Shown here one piece after another: positions 12,437 through 25,531 of a stretch of 64,000 nt of DNA (within the stretch, counting starts at the first letter, position 1; each line of letters begins with the position of its first letter). The position numbers and the translations under genes were made by a program. Below the pieces are notes generated by a model that made no database searches, was not told where the DNA came from, and worked only from the letters and a program-made list of their open reading frames with translations. The stretch is from Marsupella aquatica (lineage: Eukaryota; Plantae; Marchantiophyta): the NCBI GenBank assembly GCA_973895155.1, contig OZ316894.1:867968-931967 (forward strand), in the 5' to 3' direction.

Positions 12437-13835
12437 TCCAGATATTTCCTTGAGATTTGTTTTGGGGATTGACAGCATACTCGCATCTATGTGTTCAACC
12501 ATTTCACATCAATACTCACTCACTGGAAGAAGATGAGAAACTACTCGAAGTATCAAATGTATAACTCTTTTCAAGTCCTCACAAAAGACTCTTAAAAAAC
12601 TGCAATTTTCCCCCTCCCCTGTGTGTTTTTGGCAAGGAGGATGAAAATGAATCCCAGCTAATCGACGTGGAATACATCATTGCAAACTACTCTCAGAATC
12701 TTCACAAAATATCAAAAGAAACAGACAACGGCCCACCAGGAATCTCTAGAAACAATCTTGTAAGGGCCTTTGAAAAGCACCACAAATGGATCTTTAGCAC
12801 CCTCTTGCCTCGCCGCAATATTGTCAAGCAACTCAATGCAAGTTTGCGAATCACCGGTCACCATCGCTGAGAAATGCTCTCAAATAAGCTGCTTTGAGTC
12901 CGACCTTCTAATCGACAAAATCGGTTGCGGAGCTCCATCCAAAACCACTGAAGAATTAATTATAACTTCTATCGAAATTGGGGATCCCCTCAAAAATCAC
13001 CACAGTACTCCGCAAAATTCGCAGGAATTTCGGACTCCCCAAAAAGCTTGGAGACGAAAATCCCCGTCTCAATTCACGAGGATAATAGACGGAAATTGCA
13101 AAGGAGCTGGGAGATTCCAGGGGCAAGAGACTGTTTGCCTCCATTGATTCGACTTAAATCTCAAGTTCAGAAAGACAGAGGTCAATCTAAATCCTCCCGT
13201 CCGTCCCTCTCGCCCTCCCAAAAATACCATAAGCGAATATGATTCAAATCTCGCTGCCAAAATCTCTCCGTCCTGAAAGTTTCCTTCGTTAGTTTGAATA
13301 CATTTGAGTTGGCTAAATCTCTCCCTCCCTGCGAATAAAAAAACTCTGGTCAAAGGGCTCGTACTTCTGGTGCATAGATTTATAATAAAAATTCAGTGCA
13401 AATGCGGACTGGCGATCTTTGTTGTTGAGATTTGGAATAACTCAGCTCGGCCAGTCCAGCTCGATTCCAGGTGAGAGATCAAGGCTTAGGGCATATGCAC
13501 AGCTTTGGCGGTGCCGGGATGCCAAGAGTGTGAAATGAAGGAAATACCAGCCGCTGTGACCAACGATTGAGAATGCATTTGACTGCCCGTTGCTCGCAAG
13601 AATGGTGAATGGATGAAACATCGGTACGGGTATGTAACCAAAGCCAATTTGCATAATCGGTAAGGTCCTGTCACAGAACTCCCATCGCGAGGCATGCAAA
13701 AAAAAACCTCGAAATTAATGTCCTTTTAAGGTATGCCATTCATCAAGCAAATAACGAAACCTCATTATATCTGGGCTGCAAGTTGGTACTTGTTCCAGCC
13801 ATTTTCCAGCCAGCGAACCACAGCTTTCAATCTGG

Positions 13836-16800
13836 TCACCAGTAATCACCGCAAGAACACACGCCATCTTTAAAATGGTGAAAGCGATTTGCATCCCTCG
13901 CTATAATCTCGCGTCCTGTCACCTTAGAGATAAACTTGGTTGCTGTATGGCAATCTGTACACACCCGAAGGTTCTTCCAAACACGAATTGGTTCTCCAAA
14001 AGGGACGTGCATAAGTCCGTAAGCAATAGCCAACTTTTCACTATGATAGCAAAGAGCTAGTTCTTTATCCTCCTCATTTATATCATGCAAAACAAGCCGT
14101 GTATCCGGAATGTAGCCTTCAGCCTTCAGTTTTCCAGTTAACTTATTGAGTTCACTATATATTGCCTTCGCTTCTGGGTGAGATGTATCCGCTACAACAA
14201 ATTCATGGATCTTATTATCAACTTCAATCCAGCTACGCCCTGGCTCCTTCCGAAAACCTCTCTTTTGGATCATATCGCGCACCAATGAAACCTTCTCCCA
14301 TTTGCCCGCTGCAGCATAGATGTTTGAGAGAAGTACATACGTAGAGGCCTTGTTGGGTTCCAACTTGAAAAGCTCGTTAGCGGCAAGTTCGCCCAACTCC
14401 ACATTACCGTAAGTTCTACAAGCCCCAAGCAAGGCTGTCCAGATTACTCCATTTGGTTCAACTGGCATGTTACTAATGAACCGCTTTGCTTCGTCCAAGT
14501 GTCCAGCTCGCCCAAGAAGATCCACCATGCAGTTACAATGCACAACCGTAGGCTCGATGCCATAATCTTCCATCATAGCTGAAAAGAGTCTACGACCATC
14601 ATCAAGAAGGCCTCCATGACAACAAGCTGACAACACTGCCACAAATGTAGTCCCATCCGGCTTCACAAGGTCCGCATTCATTTTTGTGAAGAGTGCCAAG
14701 GCTTCATGTCCACAGCCATGGTGTGCGAGTCCACCGATCATGCTAGTCCATGTGACTACATCACGTTTCTCCATTCTGTTAAAAACTATTCGGGCGTCAT
14801 CTATACTGCCACTCGCTGCATATATGTGAACAAGTGCATTGCCCACTCGCAAATCCGGCTCCAGTCCCGCCTTGATAACTTGCCCATGAACCTCCTTCAC
14901 CCACTCCAAAGTCCCCGCACTTGGAGATGCATTTAGAATACTCGCAAAAGTGAATGCATCTGGTTCGAAGCCTTCCCGTCGCATTCGGAGAAACAGACGA
15001 TATGCTTCAAGCCCACATCCATGTTGTGCAAGTCCACCGATCATTACAGTCCAGCTGACTACGTCGCGTTTCTTCATTCTGTCAAAAACCAGTCGGGCAT
15101 CGTCGATACTGCCACTCTTCGCGTACATGTGAACCAATGCATTGCCCACACGCAAATCCGACTCCAGCCCTGCTTTGCTAGCATGGGCATGAACCTCCTT
15201 CACCCATTCCAAAGCTCCCCCGCTTGCAGATGCATTCAGAATACTCGCATACGTGAATGCATCTGGTTCGAAGCCTTGGCGTCTCATTTCAAGGAACAGT
15301 CGATATGCTTTCACACCATCACCACGTTCTGCATATGCTCCAATCATTATGGTCCATGTGACTAAATTTCGATTACTCAAGTTCTCAAAAATTCGCCTTG
15401 CCTCCGTGATGCACCCACACTTTGCATACATATGAAGGAGGGCAGTTCCTACACGCACATCTGATTCAAAACCGGCAAGTCGAATAAATTCGTGAACTTG
15501 TTTTCCCCATGTGAGAGCTAATGGGCTGGCACAAGCCTTCAAAATGCACAGATATGTGACCTCAGTAGGTCGCGCACCGTCTTGGCGCATTAATTTGAAA
15601 AGTTCCACTGCGGATTCAGTATCATCACTCCTCGCATATCCCGCAATCATTGTGTTCCAAGTAACAACACTCTTTTTGCTAAGTTCATCAAAAACTCGCC
15701 TGGCATCCAGAAGCCCCCCGCACCTGATATACACATTCAGGAGGTTATTAGCCACATACGTATTCTTATCCTTCCCACTTTGGATGATGCAGTCATGAAC
15801 CTGCTTGGCCGATAGAAGGTCTTTCTGTTTCAAGCACATTTGGAGAACTTTGACATAAGTGTTCGAGTCTGTGATAATGCCTCGTTGAAGACGATTCTGT
15901 AAAACAGCAATTGCTTCACTCGTGGTACCAGCGCTATGCATCTGCATAATGCCATTTCCTTGTGCGGTGTCTTGGGACCAATCGCTGCTGCGAGAACTGG
16001 GCCGACATCGCAAGCTGCCTTGAGCAGTAAAATTCAGCCCGTAGACAGGACTCCCCTGCTGTTTCAGCCGTCCGACATCTCCGTGAAAAGAAGATGGGAA
16101 ATGCTTCACAGAAAAACTTCCATTTTGTAATTTATGATCCTGAAGAAGCACCCCCTGCGGCTGATGCCTTTCAAACGAAAAATTGCAGTTCACAAGTTAG
16201 AGGGATGGAAAATAGCAACTCTCTACTCCGTCCAGAAGCGACCAAGGAATGTCTGCATTGGAGACACTTTTCAAAAGCGAAGGGGAGAAGGGAAGGCAAG
16301 GGGAATGACACTTTTCAAAAGCGAAGGGGAGAAGGGAAGGCAAGGGGAATGAAAGGGGAATGGAAGCGAAGGAAAGCAATCATCCATTGAATCACAGGAC
16401 CCAACCTAAGAAACTTATTCCTAGTAGCCTATGTCGAACCAATTTAGGGTACCTCGGAGTGAAAAACAACGAGTGAAGGATTAAAACGGAGGCCCATTGA
16501 TTTCAGAATATGCGGAAAGTTTTCAAGTATCCGACAGAAGAATGAGAAATAAAATCTAAGCGAAGATCACAACAAGCACAAAGTAATGTATGTTTACGTC
16601 AAGAAGGACAGAAACTAAAAAACAATAGACAAAAACGAAACGTAGATAAGAACGTTGGGATCGACCTGATGGTATGCGAGGAATCCTGGCGAATCTCTCG
16701 ACAGGGTTGGAAGTTTGAAGAGAGGGTGGTGGAGAAAGAGCTGGAGGCAGAGGAGAGGTGCGGGGCCTGCTGCTGTGGCAGACTCTGCACCAGCGGACCC

Positions 16801-16892
16801 AAATCCGCCAGGATTAGGCTGCTCGATTTCATCACGTCACTCATAGCAACCCCTCTCCTCCACACTCCCCTCAATGCACCCGCTCTCTCCAT
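13836..16892 (-). CDS. PLS-class PPR-E-DYW editing factor, copy 2; exons 16892-16666 and 16167-13836, about 852 aa
   Basis: Same 14-repeat architecture with intact HSEKLA, CTDCH and DYW. Exon 1 (MERAGALRGVWRRG...SHTIR) is homologous to copy 1. A phase-2 splice to TTTGAAAG|G restores the frame. Confidence 0.94.
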
Positions 16893-19800
16893 TTTTCCCC
16901 TCTTTCAGTCCCCCTACACCCTCCTACCTCCTCGACCCCTTCGTCTGCCACGCCCCCGCTCGACGACCAACGCTAGCTTCCCACCTCCCCCTTTCACCCA
17001 ACCCAATCCGCCTATTGCGAATCTAACGTAATCGAATCCAATGCGGCCTCCCTCTCGCCTTCGGTCGAAACTACTGAAGCTAACGGTGAAACCCCACAAC
17101 TTTTCTTCAGTCAGACCGTTAAACCCTCAGTGGCCGCCTCCTCACCGACATGTGCGACCCGCCTTTTACTATACCTCCACTGGTACGTCTGCAGCCATAA
17201 CGTCCGTTTCCCTTCGTCAGCCTCGATTCCTCCACACTGCTGCTGATGTACTTGTTCAGCAAGATAGTTGCGGTGGCTATGGTGGTGAGGAGGAGGAACC
17301 CTGAGAAGGCGGCAGTCATACATTGATATATCACTCGAATTTGCTCGCATAAACGTTGGCCTGTCCTTCGCTTCCACCCAGATCTACCCCCGTGCTATGT
17401 GAAAGCGGATTGCGATGTGTATTGCCTTTCTCTGTAGCGAAGTGTTGTCCCAAACCTGCCTATTATTGGTCTCCATAACCCTCAGCTTCCATCCGAAGCT
17501 GAATTGCTAGCTCACTCGTTCGGTCTCTCTCATAGAGCTTTGCATTGCTCGAGTCCAGGGTCGGGCCTAGTACGTCTCTTTGCACTGACAAATCTCTGAA
17601 CGCAGACAGAGGACATAGGTGCACCGAGATTAGACGGCGCCTGTGGACATTGCACCTCATAGATTGTGCTGTAATCTGCTCTGGTCGATTGCTTGAAGTT
17701 CCGATGTGTTCATGATCTCAGGCTGTTGCGAACTACCCCGTTTTGTTATCACCTGTTCCGGTTTGTGTAAGTCTAATAAATCCTTGGTGTTCGCGGTTTG
17801 TTTGTGTTGACAGGCCTGACCATGAAAAGTATCGTCATTGATTGTACTCGCTCATAACTAGAATCAAATCCTTTCGTTACTTATGGATCGCATGAAAACT
17901 GGGAATTGATCATCAATTGCTTACAAGAGAGCCTTTGATATAGATCGTGGTAGCCTCCGGTGGCGTCTTTTTGATTTCCCAAGACCATGCAACATCAATG
18001 TGCGAGTTATACAGAGGCGCTTAGAAAGACTTCAGGCTGACCCAACTCCCACCCTAGCCGACCCCAGCATCAGTTGGTCTTCGTCCAACGATTGTACCAA
18101 GAAAATCCGTGGCATGACTCCTTCTGGCCCTGTCCCCTCAGAAGACGAGAAAGTTGCCACAACTTTTCTTTACTAGTTGATTGCGACACACGAATTCAGT
18201 TTTTGGGTCAATACTAGACTTCTGCATGAAGTGACCAGGATGTGGTTGTTTGGCTTAGCGAGAATTTATCATTCGCATGAGGGGGATGCATTTGCTTACC
18301 CTGCTTGTCAAAACTCAATGCAACTGAGGACAATCAAATCGATCCAACGCAACTAAGGACAATCCATGGAGTCAGTACCAGTTTAAAATCTACTATAGAA
18401 TCTGTCATCCTGCTAACAAGCATCACATTTGTTCATTCAAAAGCTTTGCACTACCGGCGAGATATCGATCATTAATTTGATCATTATGGAAACAATCAAG
18501 CTGAGTATCTCCATCAATAAGCCATGCTTATGAGTCGTCCAATGATTTGCTTTGGGTACAATTAGGAATCGAGGGTCTCATCCTTCCGAACTTAGTCAAG
18601 ACGGTCAAACAAAAATGACTGCATGGTCAGGAGAAGAAGAGTCGAGTTTGCTTTACAGTCGAGAACTAATATTTCGAGATGGAGAATAAGGAGAATGATA
18701 CTTAGCACGACCGAATCGTAATTGATGCACAGAGTTCTCTGTTGCTGAAACGCAAAATCAGTCTTCCAAATTAATCAAATGTCTGGGGTCCAAATCAAAC
18801 GAACGTATCCAAAACTCCACTTCCATCGAGCCGAATTGTAACTGGTCCAAGAAACACCAGTACCACGATAAACCGACCTAGTCATGCAAGACCTGAGGGC
18901 CCAAACAAGGGGGGCATTCCACTCAGCGAATATTCGCAATAATCAGGGAAATACACCACTCTATCAGATCCCAACCATCAATCAACACATGAGATAGTGG
19001 GAAAGAGTTTTCCCCGTGCAGATCAGTAATCCTGTCTGAAGTGTGAAAAGCAGTCGGTGACAGGATGCGCTATTTCGAAGACAACGATAAGACTTCCATT
19101 TCTAGGCCAGGTTTGCGTACTCAATCTGGAACACCCGTTTCAGCAGGTATGTTGGGAAGATTGGGGGACAGCGAATTCTAACACTGACTGGAGTATTTAA
19201 AGCTGTAGAAGTCGAAACGGCTGAGCTTTTCAAAGAGGTACAGTTCTGTTGAAATGTGCGCGGGTCTATAGAGATTAGTACACGGAAAGTTCAGCAGTGC
19301 ACTGTCCTTGGTTACCCATGTGAAGAGACTGGAGGGAATCAAAATACGAAACAATCTGCCCAAATCTTGTAATGCTAATCAGGTCTACTCGACGATAGTA
19401 CTCTCCAAAAACACAAGGATGTTCCAAAACTTCAAAAACATTTTTAGTAGGCTCGGAACAGGAAAACATCTACTACATGTCTACTACTCAACGCAGGACA
19501 CAACGATCCACGATCAAAATTTCAAAAAGTTGAATTAGGTCGGTGCACACCACAGAGCGTATGACTTAGTACAAAAACTTCAAGTTCTAAACCAGAATAT
19601 TCGGGTAGGGGTATATTGTGTTTAACCGTCTAAACATTGCACTTTCACTTCACAGGCTAAATCTGTATCCAAAAACACCAGCTTCCTTCATCTCATATTT
19701 CAGAACATAATCAAGTAAAATTGGGTCAGGACTTTTGCTGCGTGAGCACAGCTATGCTCCTGAATCAAATTCCTTCACACTTGAGACCAGCTCAATAGCC

Positions 19801-19997
19801 GGCAGAAGTGAGCAGACCGTTCAGCAAACTCAAAAGGAGAATACATGTGACACAAAACTGGACACCGTGAGATTAAGTCGAGAGGTGCATTCAAAATTTT
19901 GCTAACCACAACATCGTCTTCCGATACAGTCCCTAGAAAGTTGAATCTCCCATCAACCTCGGCCAGCACATATTTGACTAGACAGCTACTGCGGCCT

Positions 19998-20962
19998 TTA
20001 ATAAGTTGGAGTTGAGTCCACTTCTTCAAGGACACTAATCTTGTGCGGCTTAGCAAGAATATCTGTGAACTCTTGGAATGGTGACTTAGAGAATCGCGTC
20101 TCACGCCACAGATCGGGTGTCAAAAACCCGTAGGTCTTCAGCAAGCACTGGAATGTAGCCTGTAAAATAACAATCGATTCCACGTTTTCAATTACTATTT
20201 GTCAATGACCGTAAGAGAGCTTTGAAACATACAAGACCAGTGTAAGGTCTAGCAGACAACTCAAGCTGCCGAGAGAGTTAGGGTTACCTTCACGAAATTT
20301 CCGAGCGTCTTAGTGGATCCTCGAGACGACGTAAAAACATCCTCAATACCGGCGAACTGCAAGACCTTCTTGGGTACTCGGGCAGCGACAATGCCTGAAC
20401 CCCTGGGTGCAGGCACCAACCGCACAGTGACTGAACCTGTCTTTCCGGTGACCTTGCAGGGGACTGTGTGGGGCTTGCCGATCTTGTTTCCCCAGTAACC
20501 TCTACGAACCGGAATCACTGAGAGCTTGGCCAGGATAATGGCCCCGCGAATAGCTGTGGCCACCTCCTTGCTGCACTTAACCCCTAATCCAACATGCCCG
20601 TTGCTGTCTCCCACCACCACGAACGCTTTGAATCTTGTCCTCTGTCCAGCTCGAGTCTGCTTCTGCACAGGCATGATCTTCATCACCTCATCCTTGAGCG
20701 CGGGGCCCAAGAAGAACTCCACGATCTGGTGCTCCTTGATGGGCAGAGAGAAGAGGTAGATTTGTTCCAAGGACTTGATTTTGCCGTCCTTAACCAGCCT
20801 TCCCAGCTTGGTCACAGGCACCCATTTCTCCTCCTCCTCTCTCTTGGGCCCTCGGCGCCCTCGCCCTCTGTCTCCTCGACCTCCTCGGTCGCCGCGACCA
20901 CCTCTATCCCCTCTTCCAAAACCCCTGCCGAACCCTCCCCTCTCCCCTCCGCGTTCCGCCAT
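19998..20962 (-). CDS. RPS2: 40S ribosomal protein S2 (uS5); exons 20962-20288 and 20159-19998, about 278 aa
   Basis: RGG-rich N-terminus, [26 protein letters not shown]; GT-AG intron 20287-20160 joins GNFVK to [18 protein letters not shown]. Confidence 0.97.
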
Positions 20963-21254
20963 CGCTCACAGACCTTCGGCGCTTCCGTCGATTTGTGTCC
21001 GCCTTCCAGCTGAATCGACTCCTCTCTTCTCCTCTCCTCTCCTCTCCTCTCCTCTCCTCTGTGCTCTGCTGCGCTCCTGGGCGATGCGAAATGCTCGTGC
21101 CAAACCGAAAGGAGGGATTCTAGGGTTGCGTTTTGCCCTTATGCCCTCACTCGCTGAGCCGCCATGGCTCTCCTCTCCTAACTGAGGGTATTCTCTCTCA
21201 GCGTACTGTATTGTTTCAGGGAGGTGGCCGCGAGCGGCGAATTCTGAAGCGCAA

Positions 21255-22280
21255 ACTCTCATAGACCTGAACGTTTTAGAAGACGTTTGGATGGACTACG
21301 TATTTAGCATGGGCTGTTTTGAAAAGTTGCTTGTTACTCGGAAAGCACTTTTCCTAGCTGAGCTCTAATAGACTTTAGACTATAGACCATAATGTACAAT
21401 GCTCGGATGGACAGCTTTAACTTGCATAGACTTGTTTAGGTATGCTACTGTTACTCAGAAAGTGCGTTCCCTCATAGACCACAAGAGGTGTTTGCTTGAT
21501 AGGACCCCTTGAGTGATCCGGACCCTTGATTGACCCTCATAGACCACAACATGTATTTGCTTGATAGAACCTTTGAGTGATCCAGACCGTTGATTGACCT
21601 TGACACACCTTGAATTACCCTACCCAAAACTCAGGGTCCCAACAAATACCACTTTTCATTTTGGGGTCCTATCAAGCAAATAACTCTAGACCACAATGTT
21701 TGATACACTCAGATTTGACACTTATAAGTCGAGTGGACTGTCTTGAAATGGTGTTGTTCACTCAGAACTTTTCTTGGCTTGAACTCTCGTAGCCTCCAAT
21801 CCTGCCTCCAATATTTCATAAAATGCTCGGATTGACAGTTATAACTCGCAAGGACTCAAGGGTGCCACGCCACAAAGGTGGCCACGAGGGGCAAATTCCA
21901 ACGCTGAAACTCTCATAGACCTCAGTGTTTTGGTATGATGCCCTAATAGACCAATTGTTTTAGAAGACGCTTGTTGTAATTGGCATGGGCAGTTTTGAAA
22001 CATTCCTATCTACTCAGAAAGTACTTTTGACCGCTCAGACTTTCATAGACTGCAATGTTTGAGAAGATGTCCAAGACAATTATATTTGTCAACTACTATT
22101 TGGAATTGTTGCTATGAACTCAGAAAGCACTTTTGCTCACTGAACTGAGTGAACCACAATGTTTGATAGGATGCTTAGATGGATAGCTATAATTTGCATA
22201 GACTATTTTTGAAATGCTACTGTTTACTTGGAAGCAATTTCCATGTTGGACTCTAATAGACTAATGTTTGATTTAGATGC
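21255..22280. repeat. Degenerate tandem array (~110-130-bp units) upstream of RPS2
   Basis: Recurring CTCATAGACC..AATGTTT..ATGCTCGGATGGAC..GCTACTGTTACTCAGAAAGCAC motifs, about 6-7 copies. Confidence 0.75.
21485..21686. mobile_element. MITE (Tourist/PIF-Harbinger-like) inserted in the tandem array
   Basis: TIRs GAGGTGTTTGCTTGATAGGACCCC and GGGGTCCTATCAAGCAAATAACTC; TSD not clean. Confidence 0.65.
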
Positions 22281-22312
22281 CCCATGTGGATCAATTTTGA
22301 TGTTCATGTTTG

Positions 22313-23881
22313 CCCTCACATCCAAACATTATGCCTTATCAACTATGCTATGTAGCATAGCCTAAGGTTGTAGCTCCTTGTGAAGATTATGCGGGAGAGA
22401 GAAACTAAGACTAAAGTGTTGACCCAAGATGTGGGTAGATGAGTATGGGCATTATTAACAAGGACTAGGTTGTATAGTTTGTGCCATGAGCATGGATAAA
22501 TTGGATAAAGCTAGAATGTGATTAAGAGAGATATACTTCGTGGACCTCCAAACTAAACTTTTTCTCTTAATGGACCAAAAGATTGAGATTTTCTCCCCAT
22601 GGACCCAAAGTTCTAGATTCTCTCCCAGTGGACCTTTGGGCCCCACTCCATACAACAACGTTCTTGTGAAAGTGTTTACTATGCAATTCAGGCTAACTAT
22701 GCAGTCTGGTAACAGTGTGGTTGGTCAAGTATAGTAACATCAAAAGGTAAATGTGTAGTGTGCTCACAAGGGCCGTAGCCCCTGCCACAATGTAGCACCC
22801 AAGTTCCAAAAGTGTAACTGCTTGCCGGCTTGGTTGAATGCATTGTGACCAATGTATTCAAACTACAAATGAAGGATCTTATGACAGCATTGCAGTACCC
22901 AAGCATGTCAGAACCGTCTCCCAACTTGATTGAATACATTGTGCCTATTGTATCCAAACTACAAAGGAAAGAGTTTACAGCTACATTGAAGCATGCAAGC
23001 ATTGTAGCGTCCCTAACCTCATTCCTTTTTTAAGACAATGTGAATATGGTGTTAAAAAGACAACAGTTTTTAAAATTCAAATGTGCCCTCTTTATGAAAC
23101 CTGTTGGGGACCTATCTTCTTGAGTTCATTTCTTGACATTATCTTCCGTTGCTTGTTCTTGCTGTTCCTACTCGTGTTCATGCTTGTGTTCCTCCCATGG
23201 CTACCATTGAGATGTGCAAACTGCAATGAAGGAGAGGCCAGGAATTATCATTGGGCCAATTTAAGTTTATGTTTACATGTTGGCAGGTCTTAGACTGAAA
23301 TACATTCTGCATAATGTATTCTTTTTTGTTCAAGATGCACGTATTCATTTTGATTTATGCCCCTATGCTGCGGTTTGCCCTAAATTGTAGTCCTCTCACT
23401 ATGTGTATACATGGTTACCAATGTATACAAGTTCTAAATGCAACGTTCTGTATCGTGCTGTGGCCAAATGAGCATGGATTCACTTGACATTCTGGTTGTA
23501 GTTGGACGCATCGGCAAAGCGGTGAGACACTCAACAACCATAGAACATCCTGCATTTTATAAAGACTTTCTCATGTTATAAGGACTGAAAATTGTGTTTC
23601 AAGAAGATCTGACATGAAATTGAACCTTTGGTGGGCCCGGGGGACCATTGGGACAAAATAGGCTTCTTTGGGTCGATTAAGGAAAAAAGTTGCATTTGGA
23701 GGTACATTAAGTATATCTCATGTAATAAAGCACAATTTTTGGATGAGAGCTTAGATCAAGACATGGATATAAGCTAGTCTGTCATCAGGCATAATTTTGA
23801 GATGTAAGGCTCTCAAATAACTACAAGCTTAGGTCTGACTTCATAGCATATGTGATCAGGCATAATATTTTGATGTGAGGG
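22313..23881. mobile_element. Old inverted-repeat element hosting the nested MULE
   Basis: 22313-22390 (CCCTCACATCCAAACATTATGCC...CCTAAGGTTGTAG) matches the reverse complement of about 23800-23881. Confidence 0.6.
22526..23719. mobile_element. Degenerate non-autonomous Mutator-like element
   Basis: Imperfect ~90-bp TIRs starting GAGATATACTT; flanks ATGTGATTAA and ATGTAATAAA (8/10 match, decayed TSD). Confidence 0.65.
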
Positions 23882-24514
23882 TCACTACATAGCATACATG
23901 GCAAGGCAAACATCAAATTGAACAGACATTGGTCCCTTTTTCACAGCCCTTGCCAAGTCTAAGAGATACAATTACTGTTTGCTAAAAACATATGTCATAT
24001 ATATATACTTACTTACTTACTTTTAACTAAAACTTCTCTCTAGGTGTGATAAAGGGGGCTAATAATGTGAGGTCAAGGTAGAGAAATTATCAACAAATAA
24101 TTGATTGAACTAAGGCAATGGTGGTGGGATCCCACACTCAACCCTGTTTCCCAACTGAAGAGTAAAGCTGTCAAGAATATGACCATTTAGTAAATACACA
24201 ACAAAGTACACGACCCGTATGGTACAATATATAGTCTAAATGAGGGTGATGAACATATATAGTGTGAAGAAAGAGCCAGGGAGGGGAAGATTTTTGCGGT
24301 CTTCTTGTGATGAGAGCTCTTTTTGGTCATGGACCTACTTTAGAGTTTGAACCACAGGACAATCACTGAATTTGAGATTTCTAGACCCTACAACAGTAAT
24401 ACTAGTATGTCATTGACCTAATAGGGAGCCATGTCTATTGGGAGGTGTAAATTCTTAAAAAAAATTTAAAAATTAAGGGAAAATCTGTGAAACCCCACAG
24501 GAAGGGAAGAATCA

Positions 24515-24570
24515 GCTACAATAGTTAAACCCAAGACCTATCAATCTCTACTCAAGTGAGCTACCACAAA
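24515..24570 (-). mobile_element. tRNA-derived SINE-like head (A and B boxes)
   Basis: Minus strand GGTAGCTCACTTGAGTAGAG (A-box-like) followed by AGGTCTTGGGTTTAACT (B-box-like); no anticodon arm. Confidence 0.35.
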
Positions 24571-25123
24571 GTCATGCCTCTGGGCGGTGGCGTGAGTTCT
24601 TAAAGTTCTGCAGGTGACCAAGCTCCAGTGTGAAATCTTAGGGCAAACAAGCACACATTTATTGGCAAATTTTGCATGGAATATTCAATTAGAAAATATT
24701 TGACAAAACAAAACCCAACTGCTGAGATCAACCCTTATAACATATAAGTAACTAGTTTGTGCAAATCAAAGGACGTGAAAGTCACAAAGTCGATGCTCAT
24801 ATAGACAACAAGTTTGACCTAAGGACTCCAAGAGGCTGCGTATTTGTTTATACCAGAAATGATTCCCAAGCTAGTGAAGGCTCTAGATTCCTTCCATCCT
24901 TCCTTCCTTCCTTCAATCTGTTTGCAAAGGAAACAGAGGGTGCCATGGGTATTTGTGTCCAGTTCTGATAAAGTATACTCACCTGGCCCCAAACCTAGCA
25001 AGGTCAAAAATAGACCAATTATTACATTAAAACATCTTGCTTTAACCCGGCCTCCCCCCCCCCCCCCCCCCCTTGCATATTGGTCCCGGCATGGCCATTT
25101 AAGATCTACAGAATTAATCAGAC

Positions 25124-25531
25124 AACTACTTGATAAATTACAAAGATTAAATGGAAAGGTGGGGAAGTAGAGCTAGCGTACAACGAATTAAGGATATGTG
25201 ATATGGTCACGTGTTGTTTCCTCTCTAAGTCAAACCTTCTCAACCAGTTAGTTCGTAAACCCCTTGGCTAATTGATAGCATGGTTATCACAAGCAGTTGT
25301 CAAAATCAGGCCTTTTCGTTACATGCTACCAAATTCACAAGCTACGAGAGTCAGAATTTAATCTGTGACAAGTCCATTTGCAATTAGATGAATGTCTGAT
25401 CAAATGAATTGTATCAGTTCGTTCAGTGTTCAAGTTTGGACCATGGCTAGCAGTTTACCTTAATTGTAAAGGGCCGGAAATCTTACTCCAGGTGCCAATT
25501 ACCCTTTAACAAGTAAATTATCAAGTTAGTT
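25124..25531. mobile_element. Possible MITE
   Basis: AACTACTTGATAAATTAC and GTAAATTATCAAGTTAGTT form imperfect terminal inverted repeats. Confidence 0.4.

Noticed and set aside
18693-18748. C/D-box snoRNA-like stretch (AATGATA...CTGA)
   Set aside because: Imperfect C box, no terminal stem, no rRNA-complementary guide recognised.
24515-24570. tRNA gene
   Set aside because: No anticodon arm or acceptor stem; kept only as a SINE-like head.
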